Notes under the pieces: generated by a model | Told to the model about the DNA's origin: nothing | Database searches by the model: none | Seen by the model: only the letters and a program-made list of their open reading frames with translations | From: Sarcophilus harrisii | Lineage: Eukaryota | Reading direction: 5' to 3' | Length of the DNA stretch: 64,000 bases | Assembly: GCA_048593225.1 (NCBI GenBank) | Contig: CM109176.1 | Coordinates: 477,499,429-477,563,428 of the forward strand | Translations under genes and position numbers: made by a program | Shown here: positions 39,850-53,583 of the stretch, piece after piece | Position numbering within the stretch: position 1 is the stretch's first letter | Layout of the letters: the number at the start of each line of letters is the position of its first letter

Positions 39850-39850
39850 C

Positions 39851-39881
<31 letters not shown>

Positions 39882-40079
39882 AAGGAAAGGAAAATTTATT
39901 TTGTATTTGGGATACCTGACCTGTATGTTAACAATATCCCCCTTTAAAAGCCATATCCGACACTAATGATTGTTGATAAAAGTTGTGAAATGATTCATAT
40001 TAAAACAAACCCTGAGGTACCACTTCACACCTATCAGGTTGGTCAAGACAACAGGAAAAAATAAAGTTAAATATTGAAG

Positions 40080-40870
40080 GGATTGTGGGAAAACCGGTGG
40101 AGTTGTGAAGTTGATCCAAGCTATTCTGGAGAACAATTTGGAACTATGCCCAAAGGGCTTTAAAACTGCGCATACTCCTTGATCCAGCAGTGTCACTATT
40201 GGGTCTGTATCTCAAAAGCTCTTAAAAGAGGGAAAAGGACTCACATGTGCAAAAATGTTTGTAGTAATCTTTTTGTAGTGGCAAGGAACTGGAAATTGAG
40301 TGGAAGCCCATCTGTTGGGGAAATAGCTGAATAAGTTAGATATATGAATGTAATGAAATATTATTGTTCTAAAAGAAATGACCAGGCTGATTTCAAAAAA
40401 GCCTGGAAAATTTACATGAACTGATGCTGAGTAAAGTGAGCAGAACTAAAAGAACATTGTACATAGTAACAGCAAGATTATATGATGACTAACTATGATA
40501 GATTTGGCTCTTCTCAGCATGGCGATGATTCAAAGCAATTCCAAAAGACTTGGGATGGAAAATGCAAATGCATCCAGAGAGAGAACTATAGAGACTGAAT
40601 GTGGATCGAGGCATAGTATTTTCACTTTTTTTGTGTGTTTGCTATTATTTTTTTGTTTTTTTTCCTTTTGGTTTGATTTTTCTTATAGGGGACAAATATG
40701 AAAATATGTTTGAAAAGATTGGATATGTTTAACCTAACATATCAAATTGCTTGCTGGTAAGCGAGGGAGAAAAATTTGGAATACAAAATCTTACAAAAAT
40801 GAATGTTGAAAACTATCTTTAAGTATATTTAGAAAAATAAAATACAATTGAGAAAAAAATAAATAAAAGT
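40080..40870 (+). mobile_element. L1 3' end, plus orientation
   Basis: ggtggagttgtgaagttgatccaagctattctggagaacaatttggaactatgcccaaagggc...aaaaataaaatacaattg. Confidence 0.8.
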
Positions 40871-42419
40871 CACATTCAAAAGTAATTTTGCAATGAATTT
40901 CTCAGATTTAAAAGCTCTTAGAAAATAAAATAATCTTAGGGTACACAAAAATTACCTAAAAGAAAATGCTATCAATCACATTAGGGATTCGACCAGTATT
41001 AGAAAACAGCTCACAAAGTCAACTGAGTGTGGAGTGAATTAACTTCTTAGCTCCAAAAAAACAGGATTAGATGAGAAGTGAGAGAAGAGCTCACATTTCT
41101 GTCTCAACTACAGATAAACAGTAATATTGTTTTTTGTAGAACTTTAGTGTAAAAAAGACTTTTAGACATCATCTGATCTAAATGGTAAAGAATCTACTTG
41201 AAGTTTTAGATCCTTTCAATTAATTAATCAGCAAGGATTTATTAAGCACACATTACATTCTAGATACTGTGCTGTGCAAGTGGGAGAATATGAATAATGA
41301 ATAATCCCTATTTTAAAATATTTATTTAATATTTTTATTTTCCCCAGTTACATAAAAAACAATTTTTACATTTGTTTTTTAAAACTTTGAGTTCCAGATT
41401 CTCTCCCTCCCTCTCCACTTTTCCTGAGGAAAGGTGAGGCTGAAGTGCATTGTAGGCAGGAGGCTGAGAAAACAATATAGAGACACTGAGGTGAGAGATA
41501 GTCTTTTAAGTGTGAAAAAGAGAAAAGACCGGTTTGATTACATCAAAGAGTAAAGGAAGGTAATGGACAATGAAAGTGGAAAATTCATTGGGCCAGCTTG
41601 TAAAAGGCTTTAAAGCTAAACAGAAGAATTTCTACTTCATTTTAGAGGCAACAGGGAACCAGTGGAGCTGACTAAGCAGCAGAATAGTATGGTCAGACCT
41701 GCACATAAGGAAAATTTCATTGGCAGCAGGAATTAGGATGGGTTTGATTGGGAAGAGATTTGAGGCAGGTAGGGAGACTAGTTAGGAGGTAGTGAGGGTT
41801 TCAACTAATGTAAAGTGTAAATATCTGATTAGAAAGAGGATTCTAATGCTAGAGAATATAGCACATGTAGATACAGAAATGACATGTGTGAGAAAGTCGG
41901 GGGGTGAGGGAGAGGGAGGATAAGACCTGGGAGATGGGGAGGTTTGTTGTCTTTGACAGAGGGAAGCACTTGGGGAAAAGAAAATGAGTTCAATTTTAGA
42001 CATGTTGAAGTTAAGATGTCTCAAGAATATCCAGTGTGAAATGTCCAATTAAATGATTTGTGATTAGGGTCTGAAATTTAGAGGAGATACTGGAGCTGGA
42101 TATACAGATCTGTGAGTCACTTGCTTGGAATTATAATTTAAACCCATGGGAGCTAATGAGGTTATTGGGAGTGAGCATAAACATAGAAGAGGTCTACAAT
42201 AAAATTTTGGGGGATTACCACATAAGTAGGGAGCATGATGTGAACAATAAGCTAACCAGCAAAAGATTCCAAGTAGTGGTAGTAGTAGTAATTATAATAA
42301 TAATAATAACAGTTAACATTTACATAATGCTTACTATGTGCCAGGCATTGTGCTATGCATTTTATAGTTATCTTATTTGGTACTACAACAACCCTGGAAA
42401 GAAGGTGCTTTTATTATCC

Positions 42420-42565
42420 CCATATTACAGATGAAAAACTGAGGCAAACAGCAATTAATTGACTTGCCAAGCATCATATAGCTAGTAAATGTCTGATATC
42501 ACCTTTGAATTTAGGTCTTGCTGACTCCAGTCCAAGCACTCTATCCACTTGTGCCATCTGGCTAT
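42420..42565 (-). mobile_element. Marsupial SINE, minus orientation
   Basis: …aaactgaggcaaacagcaattaattgacttgccaagcatcatatagctagtaaatgtctga…ctatccacttgtgccatctggctatc. Confidence 0.8.
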
Positions 42566-44505
42566 CTAAGAATAGTTATTCTCTTGAACACCATTGATGA
42601 TGAGGAACTACTTTTCAGTCTCATTTTTGGACAGCTTTGATTGCTAGATGGCTTTTTAAAGTATTGAACTGAAACCTGCTAATCTGTAACAATACCATTT
42701 CTGATTATATTAATATTCCTTTTAATCTATAAAAAGAAATTTTAATATTACATGGAATATTACAGTCACATTTTTTCAAGCCCCAGTTTCCTACAAAATT
42801 ATACAGTTCTGTTGAGGGAACTGACAAATTCTTTCTTATCCTTCATATTCATAACTAAAAGTCATTCTTGACTATTTCTTCTTCCACAGATAATCCTCGT
42901 TACCTTTCCCATTACCTCTCTTCAAGACTCCTTCCTTTTCTCTCCATTCAAAGACTCTCTCCTAGCTTAACCCCTCATCACCTCTATAGTAAGATTCAGA
43001 AAGGCTTTGCATAGGAGATGAAATCTACACTGAAATTTGGAGGAAGCTAAGTAGCTTAATAAGTAGAAATGAGGAATAAATGCATTCAGACTATCATTTT
43101 ATTGTTGTACCCTCAACAGAAACTGGGAAGTTTGGAAGAGAGAAAGATTTTTTTGAGAAAGATTTTGTATTTATTAATATTTATTTTAATGTTCAATATA
43201 TCTAATATAATAAAATTTCATTTATTTAAATTAAATTACACATAAAAGATGATATGAGAACAGGATGACATGTTGCATTTCAATATAAAGGAGCAACCCA
43301 AAAGTAAAATTTGTTGGCTTGAAAACTAGTGAGTTCTTTATCACTACAGATCTTTAAACACCTTTAAATACTTGTAAACAATGTTAGACTTGGCAAATGA
43401 TTGAATATGGTAAGTGATCGTAAAAAGAAGAGTCAGGATAACTGTGAGATTTGGAACCTGGGTGACTAGAAGGATAGTAGTGCCCTTAACAAAAATAGGT
43501 AATTTTGGAGGAAGAGAAGATTCAATAGGAAAGATGTCTGTGCTTTGGCCATGATGAATATTAATGTACATAGGTAAAAAGATACAGTAGGCAATTAGTG
43601 ACATAGAACTAGACATTAGGAAAGATGTTAAGGCTACATTTAAATATTTTTGGAGTTAACTTTGTAGAGAGAAAAATATTTGTTTTGGGGAGACTATTTT
43701 CTAATACATTTGGTACAAATCACAGAATGATCTGTTGTCAATTCTGACTGAACATAATGAAGATGACTTTAACACCTTCTTTTCCCAACTTTATTACAGG
43801 GAAGTACATATTTTTGTCTGATAAATCAAGAGAGGACACTCTATAATTTATCTTTGCCCCTTATTCTGTATGTTCAATTTCTTGCTAAATCATGCTACTG
43901 TTTTCTACTCATTCAAAATTAAACTTTTTCTTCTATCCCATATTGCCATGGGTTTTGTTTAGTTCCTGGTCAAATGATCAAATGAGATAATTTATATAAA
44001 ACACTTTACAAACTTTAAGGCTCTATATGTATAAATTATTATCATGACTCCATCATATATGATTAGTGAGTTCCTCCTGCCCAGAACTTCTACCTGAAGA
44101 AGTGGCGAAGGCAGTTACTCTTTAACTCAGCTCCACTCTTTCTTCATCCCCATTTCTTTTTTTCAGTTCCCTTTTTTGTGCTATCTTTCATTGTTAAATA
44201 TGTAAGCTTAAGCTTGTAAGTCTGGAGGTTAGGAATTATCTTTTTGATTTGTATTCCCAGTGCTTAGCATAGTGCCTGACATATAATAGATATTTAATAA
44301 ATGTTTATTAACTGTTAGTGGCCTTATACATCTTTTCCCCCTAAATTATTCCACCTTTCTTCTTGATTCCCTTAATTTATGCTATTCCCGCCAGAATAGA
44401 ACGGAATTTTTAAATTCATCTCTCCAATCAAAAGATATGATTTCTTAATTTCTTGTGGTGGTTTTTCAATATTTTAAAGATCTTAAGATGGTCTAAAGTT
44501 GATAC

Positions 44506-44638
44506 CTTGTGGTTTAATGTAGAGGAGACAATTCCATTGTTTTTTTTAATATTGTTTCTTAGTAATTTCTTCTGCATGTATTGTAAACTGTCATCTTTCA
44601 AATAGAATCTGTAATTTGTAAATATTCCCATGGTTATC
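44506..44638 (-). CDS. PARP4: PARP4 first coding exon (BRCT N-terminus). CDS starts at the minus-strand ATG at 44631; the exon begins at 44638 after its own 3' splice site.
   Basis: Minus-strand translation MGIFTNYRFYLKDDSLQYMQKKLLRNNIKKNNGIVSSTLNHK aligns with my memory of the human PARP4 N-terminus (MVMGIFANCIFCLKVKYLPQQQKKKLQTDIKENGGKFSFSLNPQ). Kozak context aaccATGg. Acceptor ttttttttaaacag lies immediately upstream. Donor AAG|gtatca. Ends in phase 0. Confidence 0.8.
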
Positions 44639-47164
44639 CTGTTTAAAAAAAATGTAGAAAATGAAATGAAGAGAATTGGAAGAACATCATATACCATAGT
44701 AGCAATATTGTAACAATGACCAAGTGTGAAAGACATACTTATTCTGATTAATTCAATGATCCAAGATAATTCCAAATAATTTATAATGAAAAATGCTGTC
44801 CATCTCCAGAGATAAATTCTGAGTACATATATTCAAGCATATTTTTTACTTTATTTGTCTTTCCTTTGTCTATTTGTTTCTTTGTTTCTTTCTATGTATG
44901 TAAGGTGGCAAATCTAGAAATGTTTTGTACGCTTTCACATATATATGCATACCTTATTGCTTGCCCTCTCACTCAGTTCAGGTGGAGGGGCTGGAAGGAA
45001 GGAAAGAATATGGATTTTGAAATTTTAAAATTAATGTTAAAAAATCAATAAATGAATAAATATAAATAATATAGAAATATTTTATATACTAATATACATG
45101 ATTATTTTAATTAAAAAAATAAAGGCAAGTGCTAGTCTAATTCAACATTTATGTTTTTGTACAGTGAATTGTGTTTTGTTTTAGAAACTGAAAATGAACT
45201 TGCTCAGAGTTTATAAATTTACTTTGTTCATTTTTTATCTTCTGTATGAGAATTATTATACTAAATTTGGGTGAAGCCTATGTGCAAAACATATCCACAC
45301 TGAATCTCACATCCATTTTACCTTCACAAAAATTGCTATTTTACAATTATAAACTAACGTGTTGATTGTGGTATGATAGGACAATAAAGGTCATTCAGTC
45401 TAACCTTCTCATTTTATAAGTAAGAAAGCCAAGGCTCAGAGAGGGGAAGGGATTTGTCCAAAGTTCTGGTAGGGAACAGGTCCTTGGCCTTCACCAGCTT
45501 TACTCATCATCCTGTACTTTCTATTTACCTTTGGGATGTGGGTCAAATATACTATTGAATTAAAAATAACACATGAGTCTCTAATAAGATTATAATGAGG
45601 ACATGTAACAAATTTCAGCTAAAGGTCAGTGACATTATTCAAGATTATATATCTTTATTATTAAACAGTTAAAAAAAATCTAAATTGTAGAGGTTTTATA
45701 AGGAAGAAAGCGAGGTCTTTCCTTTCATTATACTCTATAAATTCAAATAACTTTTTATCTCCTTTTACTTAAGAAAACTTTAAAAAAAGTGATTAACTTA
45801 GAGAAATGTTTTTTAGCAATGAATGAGCCACAAAAATTCAAACATTAAAGGTGTTATTTGATGAGAAATGATCGAGATGCTTATGAAAATTTAAATTTAC
45901 TTTAATGTATCTCAGAGTCTTTTATATATGAATTGTTTCTCAGAAAACTAAATAATTTTAATGAAAATAGAGGGCACTTATCTAATTCAAGTTTAAATCT
46001 TTCTGTTAGTGGCTTACTTTGGCAGTTTTCAAAATGTGTTCCATAGGATCAAAATAATGCTAAGATCTTTTTAATTTCTAAATAATATCAATAAAGTGAC
46101 TTTCAAAAAAATTTAAAAATAAAAAAATAAAGTGACCTTCATAAGTAAGAATTTTTTAGGATTCTTATTCTTTTTTTAAAGAGTGAAAGGAGTTCTGAGA
46201 CCAAAAATTTGAGAATTGCTGTTTTTTTATCATCTCCTTTCCTCTTATAGTTATAATTTGGTTTCTCAAAAATCACTTAACAAAGATGGTTGATCTCAAC
46301 TGTCTTACAGCCTTATACATATTACTAATTACTCTTTTATATTTACATATATTTTAAAATACTGGTTAGTAGATGCTATAAAAATATTTATGATTAGACC
46401 TAAAAAATAAATACCAGGGTGAAGTTATTGACTTATAGGCAATAAATATTGACCCCCACAGTTACTTTTTGGCATTCTAGTCCTATGCCCACAGGACTAT
46501 TTTCATTTGTAAAATCATAGCTTTTTTTTTAAAAAAAACTTTCAATCTAAAAGCATTTATCAGTTATTCTGAGCCAGTTGCTATACGAAATGCTAGGATT
46601 ACAAAAAAAGGTCAACACAATTCAAACTTTCAAAGAGCTCACATTCTATGAAGGAGACAACAAAATATTTAGGAAGATAGAAGATATACAAAGAAAATGG
46701 GAGGTAAACTCAAAAGTAGGCTTTGGTGGGGAGGATATGTGGTGAGACAAGAAAAGACCTCCTACAGTGGGATTTGAGTTGATACTTGCTGGCAGTTAAG
46801 AGGTGAAATTGAGAAGAGATAGTGCATTTCATGCATGGGGAACAGTCAGTGAAAAGCATAGCAAAACATGGATTTTATTGCGTGAGGATGAACAAGTAAG
46901 CAAAAGCTGATGGCTCCCAAAGTGAGTGAAGGGAGAAAAGAGTAAGAAGATTGGAAAGGTGGAAATGTGAAAGGTTATGAAGGACTTCAGTGACAAAAAG
47001 AAGATTTTATGTTTGATTCTAGAAGTAATAAAGAGTTACTAGAATTTACTGAGCAGGAGGTTACATAGTGAGATCTGTGTTCTAGGAATGTCATTTTGGT
47101 AGCAAAGTGAAAGATAGATTAGCATATGGAGAGAAAATATTAGAGAAAAAAATTTAAATGCTAT

Positions 47165-47310
47165 TGCAGGAATAAGCTAAGTAGTGCAGTAGATAAAACG
47201 CCAGACCTGGAATCAGTAGGATCTGAGTTCATGTCTGGTCTCAGACACTTGCTAGCTATGTGACCTTGGGCAATTTAACCCTGGCTACCTCTAATTTAAA
47301 AAAAAATGCT
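47165..47310 (+). mobile_element. Marsupial SINE, plus orientation
   Basis: aagctaagtagtgcagtagataaaacgccagacctggaatcagtaggatctgagttcatgtctggtctcagacacttgctagctatgtgaccttgggcaa…aaaaaaa. Confidence 0.8.
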
Positions 47311-47559
47311 ACTGCAAAGATTTCAGATTTGGGGGCAATAATTTACCATTTGCGGAAAATTGCTGGGAAAACTGGAAAGCTATTTTGCAGAAGATGGACA
47401 TAGACCAACATCTCAAGACCAAGAGAAAGTCAAAAATGACACATGTTTTAGACATCAAGGATGACACAATAAGAAAATTAGGGGAGCATGGAAAATTTTA
47501 CATGTCAGATCTATGGATAAGAGCTCTTATGACCCAATAAGAGACACAGAGGATCACAG

Positions 47560-48130
47560 GATTACTTTCTGTGAATGTATAAAATGGATAATTTTGATTG
47601 CATTAAATTAAAAAGTTTTTTCACAAACAAAACCAATGCAACAAAGATAGAAGGAAAGCAGGAAACTAGGGAGAAATTTCCCCAAGTTTCTCTGATAAAG
47701 ATGTCATTTTTCATATATAGGGGAAAAGAGTCATTAAAAATAAGAGTCATTCCCTAACTGGTAAAAAATCAAATGAAATGAACAGGCCTTTTTCAAAAGA
47801 AGAAATCAGTGGTATATCAAATCAAAGTCATAAAAAAAGGTCTAAATCACTAGATTAGATTAGAGAAATATAATTTAAAACAACTCCAAGGTAATACCTT
47901 ATATCTATCAGATTAGCTAACATAATGAAAAAGGAAAATGACAAAAGTAAAAGGGGACGTGAAAGAACTGGAAAAATAATGCACAGTTGGTGGAATTATA
48001 AAGTGGTCAGGTCATTTTGGAGAACAATTTGGAACTATTACCAAAGGGCTATAAAAATGAGCATATATCCTTTGAATCAGCAATATTACTATTAACTCTA
48101 CGTCCCAAAAAGATCAAAGCAAAAGGAAAA
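47560..48130 (+). mobile_element. L1 ORF2 fragments, plus orientation
   Basis: ORF 47575..47757 (MDNFDCIKLKSFFTNKTNATKIEGKQ...) and ...ggtcattttggagaacaatttggaactattaccaaagggc. Confidence 0.75.
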
Positions 48131-48959
48131 TAATAATATTTTAATAGTAATAAATAATAAAATATATAATGATAAAATAATAATAACATTTATGATTGAA
48201 TCTAAATAGACATGTTGAATTGAGATGCTCCTGAGACATCAAGTTTAAGAAGTCTAAAAGTCAGTTAGTAATATAGTGCTGTTGATGAGGAGAGTAAGTA
48301 TGAGAAGATGTAAGAATCATCTACATAGAGAGAACATAAAGATGAAATCATCAAGAGAAATATATAAACAGGGAAAAGAGAAGAAAGTCTATCTACTAAA
48401 GTATTTTGGGGAGTGTTAGGGGAAAAGGGGAGGAAGAACACTACCCATAGTCAGAGGATTGAGAAATAAAAGTTTGAAAGAGGGGTCAGATCAGGAGAAA
48501 GTTCTATCATAATAATCTAGAGAGGAAAGAATATCTAAGAGAAAAAGATGAAGTTAAGAAGGAAGAAGATTGAAAAAATAACAAGGGATTTAACAATATG
48601 ATAATTGATAACTTTGAAAAGAGCAGTTTCAGTTGAATGATGAGGTCAAAAACCAGATAGCAGAGTGTTTAGAAGAATGAAAAGTTAGGAAGTAGAGTCA
48701 CCTAAAATATATAGATTTCACAAAGAGTTTCACCAAGAAAGAAAGGAAAATTATACAAGCCTAGCTTGTAGGAATAGTATAATCAAGTGAAGGATTTTAA
48801 AGCATTTACAAATAGTAATCAGCAATTTAGCCATGTTTGGTACTCCCAGAAACCCGCTATGTGTAATCTAATCTGACCATTAATAAAACTGTCACTCAAA
48901 TTATTGGAGTCAAGTCTTATTAGTCAGTTTCTAAAGTAGTCTATCTTTTTTTTTTAACT

Positions 48960-49300
48960 TTCTTTTTTTAATTATAGCTTTTTATTTACAAGTTATATGC
49001 ATGGGTAATTTTTCAGCATTGACAATTGCAAAATCTTTTGTTCCAATTTTTCCCCTCCTTCCCCCCACTCCCTCCCCCAGATGGCAGGTTGACCAATACA
49101 TGTTAAATATGTTAAAGTATAAGTTAAATACAATATATGTATACATGTCCATACAGTTATTTGATGTACAAAAAGAATCAGACTTTGAAATAATGTACAA
49201 TTAACCTGTAAAGGAAACAAAAAATGGAGGTGGACAAAACTAGAGGGATTGGGAATTCTATGTCATGGTTCATCATCATCTCCCAAATAGTCTATCTTCG
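48960..49300 (-). mobile_element. L1 3' end, minus orientation
   Basis: ttatagctttttatttacaagttatatgcatgggtaatttttcagcattgacaattgcaaaatc... is the complement of the L1 tail. Confidence 0.75.
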
Positions 49301-52300
49301 AGGTAGAATTATTCAGGACATCAGAACGAGACTTACTTGCCTCTCTTTAGAATCTGTAGTGTTAGTGGTAGGTTATCATGGAAGCAGTAAATTAATCTAT
49401 GTATTCTTTAACTTTGATTTCTGGCAAATTCTAGAATGAATTACTAAAGACATAGTTTACGAACATCTAAGAAGTAGTGCTAAGATGGCTGCCTAAATGG
49501 GAGGTAGATATACTAGCGCCCCTAAACCTATTCCACCAAAATACTGAATAATAATCAAGAAAGCTATAAGAAACTATAATAAATAATTTTTTCCATCCTA
49601 GAACTGGACAAAAAGTCTGGCAGAAGCCCAAGAGCAAGAGAAAAAATTCCATCAATAAAGCCAGTATTAGTAAAACGTGTCACTCCCAGAGTGACTAGAG
49701 ACAAAAGAGATGACACTTAAAAGGCTCTGTGTCTTGAGGCAGCAAGAGCCGAATACTTCCCTTAGAAAGGCCATGAATGGTCAGGAAGACCCTGGGTGGG
49801 GGTCTTGAAGTCTTGAGGTGCTGTAGTGGGTAACTACTAGTGATCAGAATGGTGTTGCAGCACTCAGAATGCTCAGATCCAGAGCCTAGAGTGCACCAAA
49901 TGTCTAAGATACTAGAAAGAGACTTGGAGAATCCAACACAGTTAACCTTAAATATCCAAGGAGGCCTAACCCTAGGAGCAATAAGTAGGTACTTAGAGTG
50001 GGATCACATCCTATAATATATAATAAACTCACTCAAAAGAATAAAAGATGAGTAACCTGAACTTGGCACAAAGGTCTAATTCAAGATCTAAAGCTGGAGA
50101 GATGAACAAATCACAGAATATACTGACAAGTAGCCAGAATTACTGCAAATCTAGAGATCCCTAACCAGGAGGCACTGACTTTGTAATAACTACAAGAGAC
50201 TTAAAGGAAAAAATGGATTTTTACAAAGACTATATGAATATTTATCTAGGAGAAATGAAGTAAGAAGCTTTAAAAAATAAAATAAAAGTTCTGGACCAAA
50301 GAATTAGAAGCAGAAGAATTAGCTGGGAAGAGAAAGTGACAAACTTTACACAGAAAGTAGACTTCCTGAAAACTAGTATAGACCAAACAGAAATCAATGA
50401 GTCCATGAATCAGCAAGAAATATTAAAACAAAATTTTTAAAATTAAAAAAAATAAAAGAAAAATCTGATATTAAAAACAACTGACTTGAAAAAGGTCAAG
50501 GAGAGATAATTTGAAGATCATTGGACTCTGACAAGACCATTTTGTTTTGTTTTTTAAAAATAAAGAAAAGTGTTCTGATGAGGGCAAAGGGCAACATAAA
50601 GACAGAAAGAATCCACTGATCATCTTCTGAAATGAACTTCAAAAGAAAAAATTCTAGAAATGTCATAGATAAAATCCAGAGCTCCCACATCAGTGGAAAA
50701 AATAGTGTAAGAAACTAAAAAGAAGCAATTTATCTGGATCATGTCTGGTAACTATGGGTGTCCTTCAGGGTTTTGTTCTGGTTCCTCTTTTCTTTTTCCT
50801 GTATACTCTTTCACTTGGTGATCTCACCAACTTTCTTGGATTCATTAATCACCTCTGTACAGGTAACTCTCAGATTTACTTATCCAGCCATAACCTCTCT
50901 CTTGAACACTAATCTCATATCTCTAATTGTCAGTTAGACATCTCATACTAGACATCCTAAAAATATATTAAATTTAATGTTGTGGCAGGCGCAACATTAA
51001 ATGAGTGAGGAAATTAAATTTTTGAGCTTCTTAACATTTTGATTAATCAATGCATACCAATTGTTTAACAAACTGGGACCAACCTTCTTCTTCAGTTTAG
51101 GACTGTACCCAAATATAGAAGAAGACATATTTTTATATGCTAAAAATAATTAATCAAATAAGGGCAATTAATTAAAAGGAAAGAATTAAGCTGGATACAA
51201 CATTAGATAGTCTAATTTCTAACTGGATGAAAATTATAGACTTTTCAAGTTGGGAGAAGAGAAGAAGAATGAACAGGTGCAATTTCTTGACATTAGAAAA
51301 AGAAATGTCCCCCTCCCTTTAAGAATCTGTGAATAAACAAAAGAATATAGAAACAATAATTGATTGGGATCAATTTTCAGGTTAAGATATAAGGGCTGCT
51401 TAAGATGTGAGATGTGAGAAAACTTCTTATGTCACTCTTTAGATTTGACCAGATTTCTAGGCAGCATAATTTAGGTTCTTAGTTAAGGGTGTCTTATGCA
51501 AAAGATAGAAGTGGTTCAGCTTCTCAGTCACACAAGGCTAAGTTCAAACAATGAAATAAGATTTTTTCCCAATTTCCACAACTGAATGAAATATTCTCAT
51601 ACTCATAATTGGACTAGACCCATAACTGAATAGAAAGGGAACTGAGCTACCTCCAAAACTGAGGCCCAAGGTGGAATCAGTGTGGTTTACACAATTCCCA
51701 CCACTACTTTGTTCCAATTTACTCAATTCTCTCACAATGGACATCCTGCAGACATATTAAAATTAATATGCTCCAAATGGAATTCAATATTTTTCCTCTA
51801 AAACTGTCTCCTCTTCCTAGCTTTCCTATTAGTATGGAGAATACCACTCCATACTTTTCACTCATCCAGGGTTGAAAAGCAGGTGTCCTACTCAACTCCT
51901 CACTCTCACTTCCCATATCCAATTTATTGCCAAATCTTGTCAATTTTACTTTTATAAAATTTCTCAAACATGCCTCCTTCTTTTCTCTGACACTGTCATC
52001 ACTCTGGTGTAGGTCTTTAATCTCCTCATGGCTGTTGTTATTCAGTTGTATCTGACTTTTTGCAGATCCCTGGACCATATCACACCAATACTGTCTATCA
52101 GGGTTTTTCTGGGAAAGGATACAGGTGTGGTTCTTCATTCCTTTTTCCATATGCAAACATAAGTTGAATATATTGCCCATGATCATAGAGCAAGCCTAAA
52201 TCTGAACTCAGGTCTTCCTGACTTCAGGCCTAGCATTCTATCCATTGAATCATCTAGCTATCTTATACCTAGACTATTGCAATATGTTGCTGTTTAGCAT

Positions 52301-52336
52301 CTATATTAAAAGATTCTCACCATTAGGAAGGAATTT

Positions 52337-53583
52337 GTGACCAAAGAAGAACTAGAGATCATTATTGATCACAAAATAGAAAATTTTTATTATATCAAGT
52401 TAAAAAGCTTTTGTACAAACAAAACTAATGCAAACAAGATTAGAAGGAAAGCAATAAACTGGGAAAACATTTTTGCAATTAAAGGCTCTGATAAAGGCCT
52501 CATTTCCAAAATATATAGAGAATTGACTCTAATTTATAAGAAATCAAGCCATTCTCCAATTGATAAATGGTCAAAGGATATGAACAGACAATTTTCAGAT
52601 GAAGAAATTAAACCTATTTCTACTCATATGAAAAGGTGCTCCAAGTCATTATTAATCAGAGAAATGCAAATTAAGACAACTCTGAAATATCACTATACAC
52701 CTGTCAGATTGGCTAAGAGGGCAGGAAAAGAGAGTGATGAATGTTGGAGGAGATGCAGGAAAACTGGGTCACTGATGCCTTGTTGGTAGAGACAACTCTA
52801 CCAATTGATCCAGCCATTCTGGAGAACAATTCGGAACTATGCTCAAAAAATTATCAAACTGTGCATACCCTTTGATGCAGCAGTGTTATTACTGGGCTTA
52901 TATCCCAAAGAGATACTAAAGAAGGGAAAGGTACCTGTATATGCAAAAATGTTTGTGGCAGCCCTGTTTGTAGTGGCTAGAAACTGGAAACTGAATGGAT
53001 GCCCATCAATTGGAGCATGGCTGAATAAATTGTGGTATATGAATGTTATGGAATATTATTGTTCTATAAGAAATGACCAGCAGGATGAATACAGAGAGGC
53101 TTGGAGAGACTTACATGAACTGATGGTAAGTGAAATGAGCAGAAACAGGAGATCATTATACATTTCAACAACAATAGTGTATGAGGATGTATTCTGATGG
53201 AAGTGGATATCTTCGACAAAGAGAAGATCCAATTCAATTCCAATTGATCAATGATGGACAGAATCAGCTACACCCAGAGAAGGAACACTGGGAAATGAAT
53301 GTGGACTATTTGCATTTTTATTTTTCTTCCCAGGTTATTTTTACCTTCTGAATTCAATTTTTCTTGTGCAACAAGAGAACTGTACGGATCTACACACATA
53401 TATTATACTTAAGATATACTTTAACATGTTCAACATGTATGAGACTGTCTGCCATCTAGGGGAGAAGGTGGAAGGAGGGAAGGGAAAAGTTGGAACAGAA
53501 GTGAGTCCAAGGGACAATGCTGTAAAAATTACCCATGCATATGTTCTGTCAATAAAAAGCTATAATTAAAAAAAAAAAAAAAG
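52337..53583 (+). mobile_element. L1 3' portion (ORF2 C-terminus plus 3'UTR plus poly-A), plus orientation
   Basis: ORFs 52337..52789 and 52805..53197 encode L1 ORF2 C-terminal sequence (KLKSFCTNKTNA...WENIFA...SDKGLISKIYREL...REMQIKTTLKYHYTPVRLA...IQPFWRTIRNYAQK...). The 3' end ...ctgtcaataaaaagctataattaaaaaaaaaaaaaa is the typical opossum L1 tail. Confidence 0.85.

Noticed and set aside
51719-52186. A 155-aa minus-strand ORF beginning MIMGNIFNLCL, which superficially resembles the PARP4 N-terminus MVMGIFANCIF
   Set aside because: The similarity ends after about 10 residues. The region is a MAR1/MIR-type SINE-like repeat abutting a reversed tRNA-SINE fragment at 52190-52270. The genuine PARP4 ATG exon, which matches about 40 residues of the BRCT N-terminus, is at 44506..44638.
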